This document shows positions 9,327 through 17,421 of a stretch of 64,000 bases of DNA, one piece after another. The notes beneath the pieces were generated by a model that was given only the letters and a program-made list of their open reading frames with translations, did no database searches and was not told where the DNA came from. Source of the DNA: a virus (Duplodnaviria > Caudoviricetes); the IMG/VR virus record IMGVR_UViG_3300027563_000002, positions 32,001-96,000 of that record; one strand, given 5' to 3'. The translations under genes and the position numbers were made by a program. The first letter of the stretch is position 1; every line of letters starts with the position of its first letter.

Positions 9327-9893
9327 TTACAAATTATACACAGTTTTAATAAATTTTGCAACTTCTTTATTGCCAATGGTGTCCAAATGATTAATGGATC
9401 CAGGATACCGTTTCCAAATAGAATGCAAATTAATAACGCTGTTGTTTTTTTCATTTTCAAAAAAAGTCAAATGCAATGATCGGTATTGCGAAGTCATGTC
9501 AACTATTTTTTCCACCAGTAAGCGGTAAACGGTGTCTGCTTCTTCTAGATTAAAAACATTTTCAAAGTACCATGCGACATTTTGAGTAAAGTTTGTTTTG
9601 GCTGCTGACTTTACATCCTGATAAATTAGATCACAATTTTGATGTGTTTGGCTGGCTGAATGCAATGGATTATGATCAATGTAAATTCTATAAGGACTAC
9701 TGTGTACAACAATCACATGACTAAATGTTGTTAGGTCAGTGTTGATTAATTTTTTATAAATTCGGTATTCACTACTGCCGTTGCTGGATAGATTTGTGAT
9801 TTTGCAGTCGGTTAACATGGTAGTCCAACTGTCAGAGCAGGTATCTGATGAAAAACTGTCTCCAATTATCAATATATTATTTGTGTTCATCAA
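9327..9893 (-). CDS. SGNH/GDSL-like hypothetical protein
   Basis: IIGDSFS, NLSSNGSS, INHLDTIGN; AT-rich. Confidence 0.6.
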   Translation of the reverse strand: MMNTNNILIIGDSFSSDTCSDSWTTMLTDCKITNLSSNGSSEYRIYKKLINTDLTTFSHVIVVHSSPYRIYIDHNPLHSASQTHQNCDLIYQDVKSAAKTNFTQNVAWYFENVFNLEEADTVYRLLVEKIVDMTSQYRSLHLTFFENEKNNSVINLHSIWKRYPGSINHLDTIGNKEVAKFIKTVYNL

Positions 9894-10596
9894 GAAATTT
9901 TAACACAGTTGGTTTTAAAAATTCTGCAAATAATTTATTACCGTTATAATTAGGATGCACTTCAAAAAATAAATTAGCTTTTTCTAATTCTTTCCAAAAG
10001 AAAAAAACGTCCCAAATTGCGTCTAATGCTGTTTTGTCTGGGTCAACAGTTGGATTTTCATGCAAAAATTTTTGCACATGTTCTGCACCCCAAAAATAAT
10101 TTAGACAATAATTTCCACCATCTGCAGGAGCAACATGCACAGTTTGATCGACCACTTTCATTCCAGCCTGCTCAGCCAGCCATAATTGCCAATTGTAATG
10201 GCCCACAGTGATATTTTTATATGCCTGGTCATTGACCCCAGCTACAGCACCTATCAATAATACAGGTCGATCAAGTGAGTCGATCTTGTCAAGACAGTGT
10301 TGATTGCACTGATTCCAGATAATTTTCCAGTCTTTGCTAGTGATAAACTCTTTATATGACATGCCTGTAATGGATTGTAAATCAGTTACTGGGTCATGAT
10401 AGAGAAAAACTATAGGTAATGTTTTATTAGGATGGTCACTAACTAATTTTAAGGACTCCAACACACTGATGGCAGTTTTTGACAAATTGTAATAAGGTAT
10501 ATTCCATTCTTTTGCCAAGCTGGTTTTGGGAGTTTGACCTGGATCGTAACTTCTATTAGCCCAACTGGACCCACCATACAAATACTGTGGTTCCAT
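9877..10596 (-). CDS. SGNH/GDSL-like hypothetical protein
   Basis: YGGSSWA, NLSKTA, VHPNYNGN; probable start MEPQY at 10596. Confidence 0.55.
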   Translation of the reverse strand: MEPQYLYGGSSWANRSYDPGQTPKTSLAKEWNIPYYNLSKTAISVLESLKLVSDHPNKTLPIVFLYHDPVTDLQSITGMSYKEFITSKDWKIIWNQCNQHCLDKIDSLDRPVLLIGAVAGVNDQAYKNITVGHYNWQLWLAEQAGMKVVDQTVHVAPADGGNYCLNYFWGAEHVQKFLHENPTVDPDKTALDAIWDVFFFWKELEKANLFFEVHPNYNGNKLFAEFLKPTVLKFLDEHK

Positions 10597-10597
10597 A

Positions 10598-10822
10598 CTA
10601 TCTGCGATCTCCGGCAAAGCGACGAGTGTCCTCATCCCACATGTTCTTGGCGTTCTTGCCTTGATGCCACTTGTTGAATTGTTGCCATGCATAACTCTTG
10701 AAGTTATACAAGTCGGACTCGCTATAGCGATAGCCATAGTCCTGACAGAATTCCAGGTAAACTTCAAGATCCTCTTGGATCTCTAGGACTTTGGGATTGG
10801 GTTTAAATGTGGGTCTTGCCAT
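10598..10822 (-). CDS. Hypothetical protein, 74 aa
   Basis: AAGGAAG RBS; fills the gap without overlap. Confidence 0.75.
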   Translation of the reverse strand: MARPTFKPNPKVLEIQEDLEVYLEFCQDYGYRYSESDLYNFKSYAWQQFNKWHQGKNAKNMWDEDTRRFAGDRR

Positions 10823-10838
10823 AATGCTTCCTTGATAA

Positions 10839-11552
10839 TTATAGTTTATAAAATTCTAGAGATTGACGGAACATCTCTGGATGGTCGACAAATATGTTTG
10901 GTAGTTTAGCTCTCAACATAAGATGACCAAACATTTCTGTATTTTCAAAATGGATAAAATTTTTAGATTTATCCTGTATCCATTCATCCAAAAACTCATC
11001 TGCAGAATGTCCAACATGATGAAAAAACATAGCCTGGTCTCCTACCAAAAATGGTACAAAATCATGTTTTCCTAACAACTCTTCACATATCACTTGCTCT
11101 ACCCCAGGCAAGTAATAATCATCCATGTGTAATATGGTATTTTTATGCATACAAGGCAAGCACTTATGTAAATCATTTAATGCATATTTGTAATCATGAT
11201 TGCCATCAATAGATACAAAATCATATTTTTCATTGCTGCTCAACTCAAGTTGCATACTGTCAATTTCGATAAAATTTATATTATGATTTCGAAAAATGTT
11301 TTCAAATATATGTCTCAAAGAAAAATCTATATCTATTGAAGTTATCGCCGAATCTAGACCAGCTGCCTCTATCATGATGCCTGTGCTTTGTCCTGCAAAA
11401 AACCCAATCTCTAATAGCCTTTTTGGATCAAAGTATTCAATAATTTTCCATAACAAGAACATATCAATTCGCTCTCTCATGAGCCCCGTTGGCATGTTGG
11501 AAACTCTAAAGTCATCTAGATTGGCTAATATTTGTGATTGATACAGTTTCAT
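10839..11552 (-). CDS. Class I SAM methyltransferase (Methyltransf_24-like)
   Basis: LEIGFFAGQS, SIDID, YDFVSIDGNHDY, MDDY; AT-rich. Confidence 0.85.
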   Translation of the reverse strand: MKLYQSQILANLDDFRVSNMPTGLMRERIDMFLLWKIIEYFDPKRLLEIGFFAGQSTGIMIEAAGLDSAITSIDIDFSLRHIFENIFRNHNINFIEIDSMQLELSSNEKYDFVSIDGNHDYKYALNDLHKCLPCMHKNTILHMDDYYLPGVEQVICEELLGKHDFVPFLVGDQAMFFHHVGHSADEFLDEWIQDKSKNFIHFENTEMFGHLMLRAKLPNIFVDHPEMFRQSLEFYKL

Positions 11553-11986
11553 TAGATGACAATGTTGAGGTTAGGTTTGGTTAATTCGTACCTGATCAGT
11601 GCGCCATTTTCGCCGTCTTCCGACACTTCGATATGTACCACACGACCAGGATAGCGATCAGCTATTTGTATATATAGGTCGTCTGCTATCATCTCACAAC
11701 TTTTGTAGTCGAGACTCAGTACGGAATTGTCACTGTTGTACAGCGACTCACACCAGCGTTTGAACTGGATAAACTCCACATCTCGATCGTTGTGGAACAC
11801 ATCAATCCACACTCGGAAATGGAAAATATGACGATGGGGATTGGCAAGAAATGACACATCGGCCAAGTTGGGATCTGTGGCGGCAGCAGGATACATGTGA
11901 ATGCCTTCACGTTGCCATGTGACCCAGATCTGGCGCTGGGCCGCTGACATCACACGTTCTGTTCGATCTCTGTCTAGTTGATTCAT
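11552..11986 (-). CDS. dpdL: QueD-like T-fold protein, probable DpdL (CDG decarboxylase)
   Basis: LANPHRHIF matches the LxxxHRHxF signature I recall for DpdL; SCEMIA and EVSEDGENGA parallel the QueD C-terminus. Confidence 0.7.
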   Translation of the reverse strand: MNQLDRDRTERVMSAAQRQIWVTWQREGIHMYPAAATDPNLADVSFLANPHRHIFHFRVWIDVFHNDRDVEFIQFKRWCESLYNSDNSVLSLDYKSCEMIADDLYIQIADRYPGRVVHIEVSEDGENGALIRYELTKPNLNIVI

Positions 11987-12534
11987 TCGTATAAGTCCTT
12001 GAAAGTTGAAGTTGCCATGTTTTCTAATTTTTCCATTGCACGGTCAGTCAGTCTAAAATCATAAGATCTAGACGTTTTGGGATTGGTACGTTCGAAATAG
12101 CCATATGGTCCACCAGATATGTAATTGCTGTCATCGCCTGCAACAATTTTTTCTCTAGCTGTTTCGTACGATTCTTCAATCTTTTGTTGTATGAAAGGAT
12201 TACTAAAATCATACATGTCGGCGCTGACAATGACCTGGTCTTGAGTCTTTACTCTGAGTTGTTGTTGTATTTTATCATGAATGGGAGATTCAGGATACGG
12301 TGTGATTTTGATGTCTTCGGGCAACATCTTGCCTATGCTTTGAGCCGACGTTGAATCTAGATCTCTGCTTTTTACTTCAAATCCATATGCGGGCACATCA
12401 ACTCCCTGCCCACGACGATCCATGGGCCAGCCATGCGCTGCCATTATTTCTTCTACTTCTCGTCCGGCTGCACCGTTGGTCTTTGGCGGCACTGACTGTC
12501 CTACCAAATGTTTGACTTGTTTGATTTTTGCCAT
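11983..12534 (-). CDS. PD-(D/E)xK restriction-endonuclease-like protein
   Basis: GAAGREVEE...GVD(x6)EVKS, similar to the MutH/Sau3AI/MvaI catalytic layout. Confidence 0.55.
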   Translation of the reverse strand: MAKIKQVKHLVGQSVPPKTNGAAGREVEEIMAAHGWPMDRRGQGVDVPAYGFEVKSRDLDSTSAQSIGKMLPEDIKITPYPESPIHDKIQQQLRVKTQDQVIVSADMYDFSNPFIQQKIEESYETAREKIVAGDDSNYISGGPYGYFERTNPKTSRSYDFRLTDRAMEKLENMATSTFKDLYE

Positions 12535-12535
12535 T

Positions 12536-12835
12536 TTAAGATTTCAAACTTTCAAATGTCACAATCTTAGCCAGTGCCGAACCAAGGTCTTGATCAGGAT
12601 GTACAATGTGTAACTCACAAGAGTGTTGATCCTTACGTTCGTCGTATCTGTTGTACTCTACCATCATGCCACCATTGGCACGATACACAGTAAAGTTCAT
12701 TCTGTGTTTGCTACTGCCAATGCTGGACACATCTTGTTTGAAAGAAGTCTCAAGATTACTTATTGTTGCTAATGTTTCACCGCGGTTTCTGAGATATTTG
12801 GCACGCCGTAATATCCAGTTGTCTAGCCATTTCAT
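12536..12835 (-). CDS. Hypothetical protein
   Basis: ORF coupled to neighbours (ATGA overlap). Confidence 0.75.
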   Translation of the reverse strand: MKWLDNWILRRAKYLRNRGETLATISNLETSFKQDVSSIGSSKHRMNFTVYRANGGMMVEYNRYDERKDQHSCELHIVHPDQDLGSALAKIVTFESLKS

Positions 12836-13328
12836 AATTCTCTGTCGCCTTTGTAATCATCCCAACTGGTAAATGTTTCACGGCTCATCAGGCTGTGTAG
12901 ACTGTGGCACCAGACGCCGGGATTGGTAGCGTCAAAGTCCTTGTCATCTATTTTTAACATTGTATTATAATTCCACAGTCGTGTATACGGCACACTTACT
13001 CGAATCTGTGGAATAAAGTTGCGATAATCACACAGGCCGCCATCATTGAATTCTTCCACATGTGTGACGGGAATGTCCAGGCTGCACAAATAGCCCAGGG
13101 CCAAAAAGTGTGAGACCATGCGTTCCCATTGTGCCCATTCTTCGGCCCTTTGCGGAGCAAAACTGTGATTGGCACCAAAAAATATGTGCTCACAATCTGC
13201 CATTTTGGCTGCAATATCAGCAATGGGTTGTAGCCCCACCACAAACATGTGCGTTTGCCAAACGCAGGTGTGCGTTCTACTTCTGTGCCTTTGAAAAAGT
13301 CAACGCTGTCATGTCCTTCACGCTTCAT
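12832..13328 (-). pseudogene. Hypothetical gene split by a 1-nt frameshift near 13248
   Basis: MKREGHDSVDFFKGTEVERTPAFGKRT in one frame continues as FVVGLQP...FFGANHSF in another; one extra T (ACA TTG TTT) joins them. Confidence 0.6.
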
Positions 13329-14992
13329 ACTGTGGTCTCCAAGTTGTCAAGTTTGCCGGAATCAAAATCTTCTTGTTCAGTTTGCTCGTATTCAAACAGC
13401 GCATTGAATTGGGGTTTAGAATTGGTAGTGTTCTTGCCTTTGTTGCCACGTGTGCCAACAATTTGATTCCAATAACCAGTCTTACCTGTGTAACCAGTTC
13501 GTTCAATCACAGCCATGGCGCTGGCTTTGTCTGGCGCTGAAAAAATTTCTTCTATAATGTTTTCAAAATACTCGTAATCGCCGCCGTTACGTTGCATCAT
13601 GGCAGGGTGTTCTCCTGCATCAAACCGACGATTGGCCTCTTGTACCGCAGTCATGTGCATCCAGACATTATGACCCATCAGCAGTGCATAACTAAAACTG
13701 TCCCAGGATGTCTTGCCTTCTTTGCCATTTTTGTTGACATCACCTGGACCATAAATGCAGACATCTTTCATTGTGAGCATGTTGCTGATGGGACTGTCCT
13801 GCCAGTTTTTAATATTGCTTGTGCTTGGTAAATCGGCCAACAATCCCACACTCCATTTGCGAGTATCTGTGGAATATTTTTTGTCATCCAACACCGGAGC
13901 CATTCTATAACTCCACTTTGAATCGTGCTCAAACACATTTTCATAGTACACCTGTCCGTTGGCTGTGGCGAGGAATGGGCTGGCACAATCAAAGGATATA
14001 GTAAAACTTGGATTAACGTATTTTCTAACAGCCCTTTGAATCACGGTGAGTAGCACAGCCCATTCCAACTTTGATGTTCCTAAAAAGTGCATCCAATCAT
14101 GTACGCCTTGCTGTAACAGATTGTCATAACGAAGTGCAACCAGTCGAGTCAGTATCAATTGCACATCACACATGTTCTGACCACCCATGGCCCAGCCGTC
14201 AAAGTGTGTGGCAGGATAAACCGCAGGATCACAAAACTCTTTCATTTCCTGATACCATGCCTCGGCACTGGCATGACCATCACCTTGCAACACATTCAAG
14301 AACCGTGCGCCACCTTCTTTGGCACCTCGACGGTGTGCCATAAAATACAAGTTGTTGTATTTGGTTGCTGCAACAGCTTCATCCAATGTAGTAACACCGC
14401 AGGCTTTGCTGGCTTTTTTATCATGTATGACCCAGGTAGGAATATCAAGAATCATTCCATAGTCTGCAATGCTGTCTAACCAACGCAACACTGCATCACG
14501 TTTTTTCTGGGCAGCATCCAACAACTTTTGATAGTCAGCAGCTGGATCTTTTTTGATTTTTTTACCTTTGGCATTGACCGTTTCGGTTGGGCCTTGCGCA
14601 ATCAATGCAGCCATTTTGTCTTGCACTCCCTGACTGGTTGGATCACGCCATTCACCTTCCCACAAGCCTTTGGCAATTTGGAATCCACCAGAGTCACCCA
14701 GCATGAACGTGCCTGGCTCACGATTGCGAACCATGTCTTCTGACCAGTCTGGCTTGTTTAGGTCTAAGTTGGCATGCCCAGCTGAATACAGGCTCCATCG
14801 GTAAGGAAACAATGCCTTTTGACTGTTGAGCCAGTTCATCTGTTCCATGTCAGTTAACCCTTGTGGAAATCTTGCAGGATCCACATACGGCTCGTTGCGT
14901 TGCTTGCCCACAAATGTGGCATAGAAACCTGATATGGCCGGCAAGAACACAGCATAGTCAAGTTGTTTGGCGGTTAGATTGTCTTGAGTCAT
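13325..14992 (-). CDS. dpdA: TGT-fold transglycosylase, DpdA-like
   Basis: LGDSGGFQI, MILDIP, NVLQG, GWAMGG, HFLG, SFDCASP follow the tRNA-guanine transglycosylase motif order; clustered with folE/queD/queE. Confidence 0.82.
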   Translation of the reverse strand: MTQDNLTAKQLDYAVFLPAISGFYATFVGKQRNEPYVDPARFPQGLTDMEQMNWLNSQKALFPYRWSLYSAGHANLDLNKPDWSEDMVRNREPGTFMLGDSGGFQIAKGLWEGEWRDPTSQGVQDKMAALIAQGPTETVNAKGKKIKKDPAADYQKLLDAAQKKRDAVLRWLDSIADYGMILDIPTWVIHDKKASKACGVTTLDEAVAATKYNNLYFMAHRRGAKEGGARFLNVLQGDGHASAEAWYQEMKEFCDPAVYPATHFDGWAMGGQNMCDVQLILTRLVALRYDNLLQQGVHDWMHFLGTSKLEWAVLLTVIQRAVRKYVNPSFTISFDCASPFLATANGQVYYENVFEHDSKWSYRMAPVLDDKKYSTDTRKWSVGLLADLPSTSNIKNWQDSPISNMLTMKDVCIYGPGDVNKNGKEGKTSWDSFSYALLMGHNVWMHMTAVQEANRRFDAGEHPAMMQRNGGDYEYFENIIEEIFSAPDKASAMAVIERTGYTGKTGYWNQIVGTRGNKGKNTTNSKPQFNALFEYEQTEQEDFDSGKLDNLETTV

Positions 14993-15723
14993 GTTTGGTA
15001 GAAGTTTACTGTGTTAAACAATTTATAGTCTTTTTTATAAAAACTTTGAAGTTTATGAAAATAATCTGGATTGCCCACGAGTCTTTCATTGATACGGTTT
15101 ACAATATTTTGTGCGGGCAGAATTTTTTTAGTAATATTAAACACATTGTCAGGATCTTGGTCGCTTGTTGTGATCTTAAATGGTGTACCAGTAAACTGTT
15201 CCATTATTGTTCCATAATTTTTGGCCAATGTGTGATCACACCGTAACCAGATGATCTTGGAATGATCAATACCTTTGATAAATTTACATTGTGGTCGTGT
15301 GTGACCATCAAAAACCACAGTGTCAAATATCATATCCCAATCAACGTTGTTTATGTGCAGTGGATGGCTTGAATCACCATCATATCCTTGCAGATATTGT
15401 GCAAGTCCGGTTATCCATCGATTGATAGGATCTCTAAGTATCACAACATACCGGGCATTTTGTAGAGCGGTGTTCAAAGTTGAAACATCAATATCATACA
15501 CTGTTTCATTATTTTCGCTGAATTTTTGTGTATGGTGGTTAAAAAAAAATCCCGGTGTATGCTGCTTGATCCAGCTGCTGGCATTTTTGGGAATATTAAC
15601 CCAAATCAAACATCTCAATGGATCGGGTCTAACAACGCAATAGCTGTGCCCATGCTCGGTTGGCATGGACCATGTTGGATCAACATAGTCGACAAATCTA
15701 GATGCTTTTGATTTTTTAGACAT
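14989..15723 (-). CDS. Sulfotransferase family 2-like protein
   Basis: IPKNASSW (5'-PSB-like), LRDPINRWITG (3'-PB-like), HTRPQ, YKKDYKLF. Confidence 0.65.
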   Translation of the reverse strand: MSKKSKASRFVDYVDPTWSMPTEHGHSYCVVRPDPLRCLIWVNIPKNASSWIKQHTPGFFFNHHTQKFSENNETVYDIDVSTLNTALQNARYVVILRDPINRWITGLAQYLQGYDGDSSHPLHINNVDWDMIFDTVVFDGHTRPQCKFIKGIDHSKIIWLRCDHTLAKNYGTIMEQFTGTPFKITTSDQDPDNVFNITKKILPAQNIVNRINERLVGNPDYFHKLQSFYKKDYKLFNTVNFYQT

Positions 15724-15724
15724 C

Positions 15725-16447
15725 TCACTTGCTTTGTGCCAACAAGATGTAGTTGTAAACAGCAATACCAGAATCCACTGTGATCATAGCAGCACCATCA
15801 TCACTGACGCGAACAGTTTTATCTCCGGTTGATTCCAAGATAGCCATAAACTGTGTGGCTGGCCACGACCAGGTGCGTTTCAATTGACCATTTGCGCCTG
15901 CATGGAACACAAAATTACCAGCATGTGTGCTATGATCACCAAAGAGAAACTTCAAGTCACCGTTTTCGGTCCGAGCCTGGAAGTTGGGAGTTTCTGCATT
16001 GGCCTGTGCCTGCATACGCAATCTTTGAATAGCAACCACAGTGGGTTCAAATTCAATGTGCCAGGTCACACCTTTGAACTTGGGTGTTTTGAGTTTGTCG
16101 TTCACAATCTCTGCTGTCATGAAACGATATGTGTTACGAAAGTCTCCCCCAACATTTTCAAACTCAATACCATCTGGAGCACCGGTGGCCTTCTTGGTCA
16201 ATTTTAACTTGGCATTTTCCTTGTACTCTTGCAGGTTCAACAAGATTTTTAACTTGTTCAAGTTGGGCATGCCAAATGTGCCCACAAAGTCTGGATGTGG
16301 ATTTTTGAATTCGCCTTCCAGTACCACACTCAAATCTTCTGCCACGCCCACAATGCTTGTGGCTTTGTCGTTGCCGGTGATCTTGACAAGGTCAATGCAA
16401 CCAAGATCGTGTGTGTGTTCTACCAAGTCTTTAAGATAATCTCTCAT
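15725..16447 (-). CDS. Probable sliding clamp / polymerase processivity factor
   Basis: 240 aa, repeated alpha/beta pattern, YNYILLA C-terminus, near the polymerase; context-based. Confidence 0.5.
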   Translation of the reverse strand: MRDYLKDLVEHTHDLGCIDLVKITGNDKATSIVGVAEDLSVVLEGEFKNPHPDFVGTFGMPNLNKLKILLNLQEYKENAKLKLTKKATGAPDGIEFENVGGDFRNTYRFMTAEIVNDKLKTPKFKGVTWHIEFEPTVVAIQRLRMQAQANAETPNFQARTENGDLKFLFGDHSTHAGNFVFHAGANGQLKRTWSWPATQFMAILESTGDKTVRVSDDGAAMITVDSGIAVYNYILLAQSK

Positions 16448-16467
16448 GTTTACTCCTATGTTGTATG

Positions 16468-16496
16468 ATTATATAGATTTTTTTACTGATATGCAA
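16468..16496 (-). promoter_or_regulatory. Sigma70-type promoter
   Basis: TTGCAT-N17-TATAAT followed by AGGAG RBS. Confidence 0.7.
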
Positions 16497-17421
16497 CTAT
16501 TTTGGCCAACACCTGGGCGGCTCGAATACTGGTCAATTCGCCCGAACGTCGCAGACCTATCCAGTGTAGATCACCATGATCATTGTGTTGTTCTACAATT
16601 TCAAATCCAATGCTTTGAGCATGACGCAAAATCATGTGTCCAGGGGTATAGCACATGAAATTTTTTTCTGCCAAAGCCACATTATGTGCCCAGTCACAGT
16701 CATTAAAGGTCATGATCAGCACACCCCCTGGTCTAAGTTTGTTTATCAACTCATTGAGATATTTTTTAATTATATTCAAGGGTTTGAAATTGAAATAGTT
16801 GTAGGCCAACACAAATCCAAATTGATTGTCTGCAAACTCATGCATGATGGTACCACCTTGCCAATCATTCACAGCATAGCAACGCAGTCGTCGTTGATAT
16901 GCAGGATGAAATCTTGCCACACAAGGTTCTAGCAATGCCAAATTGCTATCAACTAGATAAAGAGGATCCAGAGCTACCAAATCGTCAATCAATTTTTCTT
17001 GTGCTGGTCGAAATATTAGGCCAGGCCAGCGCCAGTCGGCCAGGCCACGACATCGACTCATCAAAACATCATAACATTTAGAGTTAGAAATCAATTGCCT
17101 GTTCAACACATGTTCATTGCCTTCCAGTCGCATCTCGTTTTGCCAAAAATTTTCACTTTGAGCCAGCAGCTCAGTTTCTCGCTGAGCAATGGTCTGAGTC
17201 AGCAATGTCTGCAGATTGGCCATGCCATGATCAAATTCGGCCAGACTGCGATGCACAGTTGACAATTTGTTGTCTAAATCTTCCAGATGCTCTGCAAATC
17301 TCAATGAATTTTCTTTGATGTGATGGACAAATCCGTCAATATATCTTTTGGTTTCGTTGCTGTGCCCAACATCAAACTGTTGCACTAGATTTTTGAGATG
17401 AACAATATCACTCAGTTTCAT
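16483..17421 (-). CDS. Methyltransferase-fold protein with N-terminal coiled region
   Basis: FGFVLAYNYFNF and KLRPGGVLIMT motifs. Confidence 0.6.
   Translation of the reverse strand: MKLSDIVHLKNLVQQFDVGHSNETKRYIDGFVHHIKENSLRFAEHLEDLDNKLSTVHRSLAEFDHGMANLQTLLTQTIAQRETELLAQSENFWQNEMRLEGNEHVLNRQLISNSKCYDVLMSRCRGLADWRWPGLIFRPAQEKLIDDLVALDPLYLVDSNLALLEPCVARFHPAYQRRLRCYAVNDWQGGTIMHEFADNQFGFVLAYNYFNFKPLNIIKKYLNELINKLRPGGVLIMTFNDCDWAHNVALAEKNFMCYTPGHMILRHAQSIGFEIVEQHNDHGDLHWIGLRRSGELTSIRAAQVLAKIVAYQ

Noticed and set aside
13325-14992. tRNA-modifying Tgt for queuosine
   Set aside because: Lacks the C-terminal CxCxxC zinc site of bacterial Tgt, is much longer, and sits beside replication genes; a DNA-directed role fits better
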